Source: Macrostomum lignano
Lineage: Eukaryota
DNA length: 64,000 bases
Direction of reading: 5' to 3'
NCBI GenBank assembly: GCA_002269645.1
Contig: NIVC01000658.1
Coordinates: 426,309 to 490,308, forward strand
The position numbers were made by a program, and so were the translations under genes. Shown here one piece after another: positions 35,110 through 46,718 of this stretch (its first letter is position 1; the number at the start of each line of letters is the position of its first letter). Below the pieces are notes generated by a model. The model was given only the letters and a program-made list of their open reading frames with translations. It was not told the DNA's origin and did not search any database.

Positions 35110-37910
35110 CCCAGTGAAAAATGATTCAGGGATTCCACGTGGGTTCCACGTGGCCATGTGGAATTTAAATGTTTCTTTAATTTTTGCAAATTAATGACTT
35201 AAAGATGACATAATGGTATGCAAAGTATTTTTTATGCATTATTTTTTTATTTTTACTGTCCTAATGTTGATGTGGATTTTACAAGGAATTCATGAGAAAT
35301 AAGCATATATTGATTCAACATGGAATCCACTTCGATAAAAAACTGTGATACGCCACATTCAGACATTTTTATGAAATTACTTAAATTAATTATTATATTT
35401 ATATGCTTTTAAGTAAAAATTAATATCTTAAAGCTAAATTATAATCAGAAAATAAGACACTGTTTGTTAAAATAGACAAAATAGAAGTGAACAATAAAAA
35501 ATGTTTCGTGCTTTTTAAAATTAAATTAATTTTATTTTATATTTGTCAATGTCTTGGTTCAAGGCCTTGAAAGATAAATTGCCTTGTTTATAGCTATTTA
35601 AGCACCTTAAAAATTTTAGTAGACCTAGCCTATAGGCAATAACTTATAAGGCCATGGCCTCCATGGGATTAGAAATTAGATAAATCAGTATTTTATCATA
35701 GATAGGCCTAATACTTTTGGTAAAATCCATGATAAATTTATTTAGGCCTATCCAATTTCTAGGAATCCCATGGCCATGTCCATAGATTGGCTACTCATTT
35801 TTTTTAAACTTAAATAGGCCTTTAGAAGTTCATAATTTCCTCTTAGTCCTACCTATCTATTTATATGTATGCTTATTAGGCCTATTTTAAGCTAGGCCTA
35901 TAACTATCAATTTAGGTCCTTCTATTTTAATTAAGGTTGGGACTAGCTTGACTTTGTGAATTGTGACTAGTCAATCTAGTTAATATGTTAAAAATCTATT
36001 AATTTATGATTTTATTCAAAAAAGCCTGTTAGCATCTTTTGGACTTGTTGCATTTTTAAAAACAATATTATTAATTATAATAAATAATTCTGCAATTACA
36101 CTTGCAACTTGCTTTTGGCATAGCAAGCCTAGCAGATCCCTAAGGTTGCTATTATTAATAAATAATGATTATCCAGGGGCGTAGCCAGGATTTTTTTTTG
36201 GGGGTATCGGTTAGCTGTTATCAGAAAGCAAGGGCTTGAGATCCACATATCCCCTTAATGTATTTCTAGTGCATAATACATATAATTACTCTATTTGTTT
36301 GTTAATTGTTATTCTTTCGATTTGGATACCTTTCTCTTCCTACCGGTCACAATTGCAACTGAAAAAAGGAAAAAAAATGTTGCTTTGGAAATTTGGGGGT
36401 ATCGGCCGATATACCGATACCCCCCTCGCTATGCCCCTGTGATTATCGTAAATTTGATCTGATTTAGGCCAAGTCTAGAATTTAATAGCCACAGGGCATA
36501 GCTATTTAGGCTTAGGCCTAATGTTTAATCATACTAGACTAGCAAATATAAAAAATGTGCATTGCATTGCCTAAATACTTTATAGTCTAAAATCAATTTT
36601 AAAATAAAAAATTAAATTTATAGAAACATATATTAATTTTTTGTACTTATTATTTCATTGGTAATTTTATTGATTGACTTAGGTAGGGTTTTCTTTTTTG
36701 CTAGAGACAAGACAAGTGGCAAAATCATACCCTATGCTCACTTTCAGGGTTTTATGATTTTAAGGCTTAGAATGCAATTTCTCTTTTTTCTTATATAAAG
36801 GCAGTGCAAATAAGGCTTCAACAGAAAAATAGGTAATGAGATTGCACCTAAACTGTATCCACTTTTTAATTTCAATTTTCAAGGTGCAATTTTAAAATTT
36901 AGGGTACATACACACACTGCGCATAAAAAATAAACCTAGGACTTAGGCCTACTTAATTTTAAAATAAACTTTATTAAGTATTCATCCTTAAATTAGTTTT
37001 ATGAATTATATCAATATAATCTACCAAGCTTAATTGGCAACAATTATTTTTCTATTTCATTTCAGCCTAACATTACATGGCCCATCCTCAAACTTGGATG
37101 TCAACTTGGTCTTGCCTTTGAAGAAGCATGCAAAGCTACTTGGAATTTGAATTTAATATCTAGAATGCTACCTTTTGTGAAGCAATGGTAAGTTTTAGTT
37201 ATAAACTGATTTTTTCCTGTCATCAAAATCTGTTATATGATCAAAATCTATCAAAATCTATAACAAAATCTGTAATCAATCTGTTATAAAATTCTGTTAT
37301 TTAACCCCTTTCTTTTCTAAGGTTGCTCACCTGACCTGAAAAAGCAACATTCTGGCAATTGGCAGCAGCATGTTTCTGACTGTTTTAATTCTGGTGCATT
37401 ATATTATTGTTAATTAATTAATGCTATTGACAATGTCAATTTCAAATTATATATTATATCATATGCGCAGCGCAACTTTAAAGATATCAATATCTACATC
37501 AATGTCTTTATTCTTTGTGTGCCAATGACTCACTACTGTACATAAATACACCTTACTTATTGAGACATCCTTTTTGAATATATTTTTGTGCAGAAATATT
37601 TTTGGCTATAGCTAGTGTTTTTATCTGTGTTTCAGTTTCTTTTATATAGTATTGAGATCTGGGATTCATATGAAATTTTGAGATCTGGTATTATTTTGAG
37701 ATTTAGGATGCAACAATTTATTATGGCAACCAGTATAATGGCTGCTTACTCAATGACAATGTGGATTCTATGTGAAATACATAATTACTTCCATGTGGAT
37801 CTTCTATGTGGAATCCATATCCTGATTCCACATGGATGGATGGAGACAAATGCACATATGGATTTCATATGAAAAATCCACATGGAATCCATATCATTTT
37901 TTTCACTGGG
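35110..37910. mobile_element. CMC/EnSpm-like non-autonomous element nested in 33492-37996
   Basis: Inverted termini CCCAGTGAAAAATGAT / ATCATTTTTTTCACTGGG with subterminal GGATTCCA/TGGAATCC motifs at both ends. The 2-bp flanks (TA and TC) do not match exactly. Confidence 0.6.
36174..36439. mobile_element. hAT-type MITE (266 bp)
   Basis: TIRs CAGGGGCGTAGC / GCTATGCCCCTG; exact 8-bp TSD TGATTATC (36166-36173 and 36440-36447). Confidence 0.9.
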
Positions 37911-38149
37911 TCATTGGCAGACGAAACAACTGTATCATATTCTTGCAGACAAAAGGGTGGCAGACGAACTGGCGGCAGACAAAACAACCATCAACCCTTA
38001 GTCTTTAATGAAAGTCATTAAAATGTTTAATCTATGTTAGCTAGTAAGCTAAGCTTTTATTTTTTTTAAAGTGGGTGCGAGTTAGGTGTAGGCAGTCTTT
38101 TCATAACCTATTTTTAATTTTAAGCCTCATTTTGTCATTTGCACTGCCT

Positions 38150-38813
38150 CCATAGTCAGGAAGGTGGCAATTTGGTCGGAAAATTCCGGCGCACACAAGC
38201 CCTTTTTGGGCACACAACGGCGCACAACGGCGCACAGCAGCGCGCCACAACAGCGCACAGCGGCGCACTGGCGCACAGCGGCGCACAACGGCGCACACCA
38301 GAGGACACCGGCGCATGGCGGCGCGGCGCAGCGGGCGCCGCGCCACATGCAGCGTTACCCTTGTGGCGATCCCATGTAACGATGTAAGTCGTTACTTGTT
38401 ACAGTACACTATTCACTTTTCTATCTAATGTAACACTGCATTCTACCAAAAAATAAAAAATAAAATAAAATATTTTCCTTTTCCTTTTTACCTTTGTTTT
38501 TGCCATTTGCTTACTTTTTATGTTTGTTTTGTTTTAAAAATTAGAAATTTAATTAAAATTTTTTTAAATTTCTATTTTCGGTTTAACGATCTCAATTTTT
38601 CATAATATAATATAGATAGCCCGTAACCGTCCCGTATATTGGCGCACAAAAATTGTTGCTATGTTGTAAAAAAAGGTCTTTTATTGTCGCAAGGCAGGTA
38701 GTGGCGGGCGCACAACGGCGCACACGAGGGTTTTTGTGTCGGCGCACGGCGCACAATTTTGGGAGAGGCCAAAATTTGTTCCGGCGCACACTCTGCCACC
38801 TTCCTGACTATGG
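38150..38813. mobile_element. hAT-type MITE (664 bp)
   Basis: Perfect 20-bp TIR CCATAGTCAGGAAGGTGGCA / TGCCACCTTCCTGACTATGG; exact 8-bp TSD CACTGCCT; subterminal GGCGCAC repeats. Confidence 0.92.
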
Positions 38814-40299
38814 CACTGCCTTAATAGGAAAAAAAGAGAAATTGAACTCTGAGCCTTAAAATTGCACCCTGAAATTGGGCATAGCCGCATACATAGAACA
38901 GAAAGTCAGCCTAGTAGTTATTGCGTTCTAAATACTACAAGTGGCTACTACGACTTGCTTACTTGCGTTGCACTACTTGCATAGGCCCCCTACTCATTAT
39001 TTCTAATGCTTATAACTTTTACAATGAATATGATATAAAAAACAAATGTCTACTTAAAGAAGACACTCAAACAGAAACAGTTAATTCGGCGACAGGTTGA
39101 CTCGGCGACAGGCAATTCGGCGATATATTACGGGGTGGTTAAAACAGGGCAGTAATTTGTTGCATTGCGTTTGAGTTCGCATGTTGATCAAGCAGGTTGC
39201 GGGCGGTGAAAAGAAAATAAATTTTGAAATCGGCCGGTTGCGTTTGCACGAATAAACCCGGAAAATCGCGCAGACGAATCACAACGAAATTCTTTCTCCT
39301 GTTTTACTCCGACTGCCGGGGTCCTCAAATTCCGGAAGGAGGGTAGTTGTAATCGTAGGCGAGCGGTTTTTTAGCGGCACGGTCGTTCAAATGGTAGACA
39401 CCGGAGATTCTGACACCGTGAATTAATGCGTCGATTTGTTAAGCTGATTTTCAGTAGGGTAAAGCTGCCACCACCGTAATTTACGTATTACGGAACGGAT
39501 AAGTCTCAGAGCTTTCTTTGAGATGAGAACTGGGTTGTTTTACGTCCCACGGACAAATAACTCAAGATAGGCTATGGCTTAACGTCAACGAATAAATAAT
39601 TAGCGTAAATTATTAATTATTATTATTGGTTATTAATTGAACTAGTAGGTGACTAAATGTCCGATAATGAGCAGCAGGTAGGTTAGGGTAAATTAAATTT
39701 GTCGACCGAGATTAATTTGCAGCGGCACCGGGGTGCTAATTACAAAGAAAACTAAACTAAATTAATAAAACTTGCAGTTGGCTAAAGAAGCTTGGTTATT
39801 AAACGAAACAGTCACAAATTTAACGCTAAACGAGCGGGAGAAACGTTGAGCGGAGGAGAGGAGGCGGAGGGCAAGAGGAATGAAAAAGACCGGGCTCAGA
39901 ACAGCGGTTTAAATAACACAGAGAAATCGTTCAAACGCTGGGGACATGCACTGGGCTGAGCAATGGGCAACAAAAATTAACGGGGTGGATCGAGGCGCAT
40001 ATACGACGTTAATATACAGCGCGCGGAAAAACAAAAGTTCCAAAGGAGGGATAGCGAAAACCAGCAAAGGGAAGAAAACAGTCCATGGAAAGGAAGGGGA
40101 ATTAAACATTCGGGGGACGAGTGACACTGAATGATGACAGCGAATGGAAAAATGAAAAAAAATCGCATGCAATTAATGAAAAATTTAGTTAAAAGAGAGA
40201 TAGCAGTCATGCAGTGGCATCGCGCCTGCCAAACATGTTTACTCCGATTTTAAACTGTTGTTTTACTATAGTAAAACAAGCAAATGCTTGTTGCTCGCT

Positions 40300-40585
40300 G
40301 CTGTCCGCAGTCTTGTTGCACATGCACAACCTACAGCTGTTGTTATGGATTTCGAGGCCGCAGCTTGGCGAGCTGTCAGACAGCAGTTTCCAGATGCTCA
40401 ACTTGGAGGGCTGCTGTGTTTTTCACTATACACCTGTACGTGCAGGTGTGTATAGTACGATGAAATGGGACCTTGACTGGGTTAGATCGATCGTTGCGGT
40501 GACAACTTCAAAGATACTGTAATATAAGTTTTGCTTTTTGCAGTCCGTGTGCCGCAAATTAATTTCGCTGCCGTTTCTTCCGCGG
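40300..40585 (+). pseudogene. Degraded MULE (Mutator-like) transposase fragment
   Basis: PTAVVMDFEAAAWRAVRQQFPDAQL, then (frameshifted) EGC.FHYT, then CRKLISLPFLP after an acceptor-like TTTTTGCAG. These fit the MULE DDE motifs DFE..A...FP...GC.FH and RKLxALPFLP. Confidence 0.8.
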
Positions 40586-42391
40586 TGTGCATGTAAGTAC
40601 AACACCCAGAAAATTTAGTCTATTTAAAAGTTCTCCGTAGCGGCTACATTTCTGTATTCGGCAATCTGAAAGACGGCAATCACTAGACCGCTTCAGTCAC
40701 GACCACAGCTACCCTAAGTATAGGACGCCTCCTGCAGTAGTCTGATTGGTTCCCCCTGGCGCGCCCAATCGCAATGAAGAGACGCCCGCTGCCGCCCAGC
40801 TCTGGTTAGATGGTGGCTCCTTCAAATGAAGTCACGCCTAGGAGAGAGAAATGTAGGATGAAATGGAATTCTACGTTTTAACTGCAGGGTCATGGAAATA
40901 AGCTAGGAAGTAAATACCATTTCGAATTCGGTACACCGCTTTACCCATTACAGTACATTACATGTAGTGCACATGGAAGCACATAAATGTACATCTAAAG
41001 TATATTATACACATTTAAATGTCTGACAGACACTTGCACAGCTGTACAACTACATGTAGATGCTTATGTAAAATGCACGTACAATTCATATAGATACTAA
41101 ATGATTTGGCATGTTTGTGTATAATTTACACGAATTGCCATGTATACTTCGTTTAATTCGAAACAATGAGAGTCGCGCAGCACAAAGTTTTATTTATACG
41201 TACATGAATTTTTACATGTACATGTACATCATGTACAAGTACAGTTGTACTTCATAACCGTATATGAGTCATGTACCTACCAGTACATGAAAAATGTGCA
41301 CTCCTTTGATGTACAGTTTAAACTAGATTGTACGGTACGAGTTTTAGCAGGATTTTTACAGTATTCAGAGCAGACTGATTTGTGCTTTGCATGTGCTCTG
41401 CACTTGTATGAGCTTCACATGATGGTGTGAGAGATACGTGACTATACTTGAGTAGTATAGAAATACTATAATTCGACTAATACATGTACAATCAGAGCAC
41501 AATTGCTCAAGTTCTGCACTAACTTCCGTTGTATCTTGTATGTCAGTATTTGTATTAAGTAATGACATATATCTCCATCATATACATGTACCTAATTCTC
41601 CCCTAAGATAATAAACTATATACTTTCTAATCGTCGATGTGTACCTAGCTAGCTTCAATATCAAGTTCGCACATAAAAATTAAATGAAAGTAGCCGATTA
41701 ATGCAAATGACAGAAAGCTGCATGTAGCTACATGTACAGGTAGGTTCTCGCGTCTCTATTGAAAAGAAAAGATTGGAGAGAGTACTGGTACATCTACATG
41801 GAGAAAAACGCATGTGACGACACGTCCAGTCAGCAGAAGGCAGGCCTAAATGCTGTTTACTCGTCGCTCATTGGCTGGGCTCCAGCCCCATTCTTCACTC
41901 TCGAAGCCAACCCAACCCCACTCCGTCACCCCCTCTTACCCCAGACAGCAGTTGGGCACGCGTGTGTCGATGGCTACCCCCCCTCCCCAGTGTACACACG
42001 AGTAAACAGCAGCCTACAGCTGCAACCCCCCTTCTGTGCCAGCACCACCAGACAGAGAACTTAAAAAGCTAGCCTGGCTACATGTTCCCAGCTATGCGGC
42101 CTAAGCCCCGATTGAATCGCAGTTGAAAGCAACAGCTTATAGCTACTTCAAATCCCTTTCAAGAAATTCATTCGAAAGCCATAGTCATTTAACAGTCTCC
42201 GATCACGTCTGAGTCTGATCGTCTTTAACAGTGCCTAAAATGTAAGTGCAAATAGGACTGCATATCTATTGAATGTTATTTTTTTTCTGGCTCTGTGAAT
42301 CTTTGAGAAGCAGTCCTGTAGCAAGAGTAATTTTCACGTGACATACACATATTATAGGAGACTTTAGGGACCGCTATTAATTTATTTTGAC

Positions 42392-42540
42392 GGGTTGCCA
42401 TTTTTTTGAATTGGTGCCATTTTTATATGAAGGGGTGCCATCTGCCATGTCATTTGAAGGGGTGCCATTTTATTTAAAGAGGTCATTGGGGTGCCATTTC
42501 ATTTAAAGGAGTGCCATTTTATTTGAGTCAGAACCATTTC
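42392..42540 (+). promoter_or_regulatory. Cluster of ~7 (G)GTGCCATTT motifs upstream of the BEN gene (YY1-like core)
   Basis: Repeated GCCATNTT motif 110-260 nt before the ATG at 42654. Function is inferred only. Confidence 0.35.
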
Positions 42541-42653
42541 ACTCGAGTGGGTATCAATTTATTTGAGTCGAGTGAGCTCGCTGTCGCTTTCACACGTTTC
42601 GCATTGCATCCACACAGAATCGAACTCCGGACCCTTATAAAAAGAATTCTCCA

Positions 42654-45031
42654 ATGTCATCATCTGGTAGGCGCCGCAAGACCAGCAATCCGCAGCGCCT
42701 GACGGCCGCTCCAACCAGCTCCGCCTCAGGCGACCCCACTGTGCCCGAACTTGTTGCTGCACCAGCCGGTGCGGCAGTTCTCTCACCTCGCGATGCTCCG
42801 GGCTCGCCAGTCCCGCAGCATCAGCTGCTGTCCTGCCGACTCAGACTCATGGTCGCCGATCTCAGCCGCCTGACGGCCGACCTGGCGCTGTCAACGTCGC
42901 AAAATTCAACGACAGCGGCGGCGGCAGCTTCGGCTGCATTGGCGTTGGAATTCCTCACCAGCGCGCACACGCAGCTGCTTGGAGGTGTCGGCTGCTGCCT
43001 GCGACAAGTCCCGGATGCTCAAGCTGAGCCGCCGCATCTGGCGGTCCTGAAGCATCCAGCAGCGACTGCAGGCGTCACGCTGCTGAAGTCGCAGGCTGAA
43101 ATCGCGCTGCCAAATTCGGGGACTTCCGATCAAGAAAAGCCAGCCGACCAAACCGGTGGAGCAGCTCCAGGCCAGCCGCCCGTCACTGCAGAGGCAGCTT
43201 CTCGGGCTCGGGTTAGGTGCGGGAAACAGCTGAACGAGCCGGACAAAGTAGATCCGAATTTTCGACCGTGGGTGTCCGAGGATGGGGTAAGTGTTGAGCA
43301 TGTGATCGCATGATGCCATGATTGCTCGAGTGCGACCTTCCAATGTAATCAGTTAACTATCCCTCAACCATCCGCCCCTCAACCATCCGCCCCTCAACCA
43401 TCCGCCCCTCAACCATCCGCCCCTCAACCATCCGCCCCTCAACCATCCGCCCCTCAACCATCCGCCCCTCAACCATCCGCCCCTCAACCATCCGCCCCTC
43501 AACCATCCGCCCCTCAACCATCCGCCCCTCAACCATCCGCCCCTCAACCATCCGCCCATCAACCATCCGCCCCTCAACCATCCGCCCCTCAACCATCTGC
43601 CCCTCAATCATCCGCCCCTCAACCATCGCCTCTTAGCTCGTAATCATCCGCCCCTTAACCATCCACCCTTTTACCATCCGCCTCTCAACAATCCACCCTT
43701 TAACCATCCGCCCCTCAAGCGCAGTGTCACCCTGTCCGCCAAGCACCCGTCAGTCACCCTGACAATCGAGGCGCACCAGCGTTTGCTCTGGTCCGCTCAC
43801 GGCGTAGCAACTCTGCATCTTCGAGGCCTGTTGAAGCACTTCTTCAGCCGTGAGGTGCTGGCTGAATCCTCAGTCACTGGCGTCGGTGCGTACAAACGGC
43901 AGCTGGACAAAGACATCGTCTTGGGCATTTTCGGTGAGTTTTTCATACTGAAGTCCAGAAATGTGATAGATAGCTCGTACGTACCTGAAATCATGCCTTA
44001 TTGGCTAGGCCAAAGGGGTTCCAACCCGAAGGGTTCCAACCCGAAGGGTTCCAACCCGAAGGGTTCCAACCCGAAGGGTTCCAACCCGAAGGGTTCCAAC
44101 CCGAAGGGTTCCAACCCGAAGGGTTCCAACCCGAAGGGTTCCAACCCGAAGGGTTCCAACCCGAAGGGTTCCAACCCGAAGGGTTCCAACCCGAAGGGTT
44201 CCAACCCGAAGGGTTCCAACCCGAAGGGTTCCAACCCGAAGGGTTCCAACCCGAAGGGTTCCAACCCGAAGGGTTCCAACCCGAAGGGTTCCAACCCGAA
44301 GGGTTCCAACCCGAAGGGTTCCAACCCGAAGGGTTCCAACCCGAAGGGTTCCAACCCGAAGGGTTCCAACCCGAAGGGTTCCAACCCGAAGGGTTCCAAC
44401 CCGAAGGGTTCCAACCCGAAGGGTTCCAACCCGAAGGGTTCCAACCCGAAGGGTTCCAACCCGAAGGGTTCCAACCCGAAGGGTTCCAACCCGAAGGGTT
44501 CCAACCCGAAGGGTTCCAACCCGAAGGGTTCCAACCCGAAGGGTTCCAACCCGAAGGGTTCCAACCCGAAGGGTTCCAACCCGAAGGGTTCCAACCCGAA
44601 GGGTTCCAACCCGAAGGGTTCCAACCCGAAGGGTTCCAACCCGAAGGGTTCCAACCCGAAGGGTTCCAACCCGAAGGGTTCCAACCCGAAGGGTTCCAAC
44701 CCGAAGGGTTCCAACCCGAAGGGTTCCAACCGAAATATGTTTAACTGATACGCTAGCGTCGAATCGAATATGATATACATGTATACGCTTGTCAGATTCA
44801 AATCTGGGAAACTGAAACATTGATTAAAACAAAATAAAATTCACAGACTACATCGGCAATCGGTATCCTGGGGCTATGACCGAATCTCGAATGCGCCTGT
44901 GCTGCACTGACGTCTGCGTTCAGGCGCGACGCCGTAGACGAAGCCGCGACGTCATCATGGCCGCCTCTGGAGACGTCGATGCGAGGGTCGGCGATGCACA
45001 GCTCGGTGACGGCGGCGACTCATCGTGTTGA
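42654..45031 (+). CDS. BEN-domain protein, ~343 aa. Exons 42654-43286, 43720-43933, 44847-45031
   Basis: Splicing exons 2 and 3 gives LRGLLKHFFSREVLAESSVTG...RQLDKDIVLGIF|DYIGNRYPG...MRLCCTDVCVQARRR, which fits the BEN domain pattern. Donors are GTAAGT (43287) and GTGAGT (43934); the exon 3 acceptor is TTCACAG (44846). The exon 1-2 join needs an AAG acceptor at 43719. Confidence 0.78.
43357..43719 (+). repeat. 15-bp minisatellite (AACCATCCGCCCCTC), BEN intron 1
   Basis: Visible tandem repeat running up to the predicted acceptor. Confidence 0.95.
44016..44731 (+). repeat. Homogeneous 15-bp array (CCGAAGGGTTCCAAC), ~48 copies, BEN intron 2
   Basis: No variant unit seen until the last copy. 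Confidence 0.97.
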
Positions 45032-45789
45032 TCAGGGATGCCATGACAGTGTTTGAGCAACTGCATTTTATAGCTTTGTTACTCTGGTTTGATTAGCTTG
45101 CATGCACATGTATTCAGTATCTATTATACGCTCGTATGTACTGTACTTTAATTCCCAGCTACATGTACATGTACATCTACATGCGCTAAGTTTGTTTCTT
45201 GACGAATAAAATTTGCCGTTGAAAAAATTCCTCATGAATTTCTTTTCAACTTTGAATGGCTTTAGTTTTCATGTATGTACATGTACATGTATATGAAAAT
45301 TTACGAGATCGTATATGTACTGCCTAGCATGTACATCGATATGTGAAAATAGACTATTATAGCTGTATACAAATTGGTCCCAGTGGATAAAGTTTTTTGT
45401 ACGTTGTGATGGCTAAATGAATGAGTGTGTAAAGGTTCGTTTTTTGTTTAGATAATTCAATTTTACTTGTGGTAAAGATGCTCTTGTAAGTGCCTGTGCC
45501 TTTCATTTATATGGCACAGGTAAGGAGGTAAATATAACATTCTAGAATTCGGGATTCGGGATGTTCGGAAACTGCTTTTTAGAATAAGCGCGCGGATTTA
45601 AAAAACGGATCAGTTTAGAAAGTTCAAAGAAAGTTAAATGTTTAAGAGTTAGGCCTTCTATAGCAACCAAAAATCTGCAGATTCGTATTGTCCAAACAGG
45701 CTGTTCATTCTGAGCCACTATTACTACCAATAAAAAACGGCGGATCTTGAGTTCACGATTACTCATATTCACTATACTAATATACTATT

Positions 45790-46012
45790 CAGGGGCATAG
45801 GGAGGGGGAGAGATAGGGTGGATATATCCCCCCTGAAAGGCCTGACCAAAACTTTTTTGTTGCCCTTTGTTGCTATACATGCTACCATGTGGCTCTGTCA
45901 TAACATAGAATGTTACCTTGTACCTTGTACCTTGTTACCTGATATTACCTTGGTGTATCCCCCCATAGAAAATTCACCTTGGTATATCCCCCCTGTACTG
46001 GCTATGCCCTTG
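45790..46012. mobile_element. Older hAT-type MITE, related in its ends to 36174-36439
   Basis: Ends CAGGGGCATAG / CTATGCCCTTG; flanks ATACTATT and TTAATATT (6/8 match). Confidence 0.6.
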
Positions 46013-46718
46013 TTAATATTGATATAAGATTTTATCTTTTTTATTCTAAAAAATTATTAAAGAATATGTATATAATTCAAATAATTAGGATTATAGGAGT
46101 GACTTCAATATAATATAGCTAAAATAATCATATTTATAAAGCAAGAAAAAATATCTATGTTTGCAAGAAAAAGATTGGGAGCAAGCTTGGTTTAATAAGT
46201 TGGCCCAATGGAAGCACTTTTTAAAGGCTAATAAATCAGTTTATCTACTAAGCAGATAAGTGTTAGTAGTAGACAATATCAATAAAAACAAAATATTGTA
46301 CATTGTCAAGGTCTGTTGAAAACAGCATCATTTGGTATGCCTCTGTCTGGTCGAAGTTGCAAACAAAGGCCATACTACCAACCAAATCTTGAGTGTAGAC
46401 ATTTTGTGGCAGAACTGTATAAATTATTATTATTATTATTATTATTATATTATTATTTTTGTTATTGTATTACAAGTATAACCAGTGCTATGGTATATTA
46501 TAGTAACTGTGCTAGCACAATGAAATTAATAAATGCTCAATGCCATTTTCTAGGCATTTTTGTTGCTAACTTATAGGTGATTATTAGATTGCACCTTTCT
46601 TGTGCCTCGACTTTCTTGTTTTACTATTATCAACTAATAAGATGGCAGGGAATTAAGCAATCAAATACAAGCCATAGTTGCTCAGGCTAATTACCTGTTA
46701 AATCTCACATTGCCATGC

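Larger units (their letters stand above)
33492..37996. mobile_element. 4.5-kb non-autonomous DNA transposon (MULE-like), hosting nested elements
   Basis: Imperfect TIRs GGTGCGCGGTCATTTCGTCTGCC / GGCAGACAAAACAACCATCAACC with subterminal GGCAGAC repeats; exact 8-bp TSD CTTAGTCT (33484-33491 and 37997-38004). The superfamily call is inference. Confidence 0.7.

Noticed and set aside
39365-39420. tRNA-like TGGTAGACAC segment
   Set aside because: No B box or cloverleaf; it is part of the inverted duplicated block.
43998-44820. LEPFG, FQPEG and VGTLR repeat ORFs
   Set aside because: The 15-bp unit has no stop codon in any frame, so long ORFs are expected.
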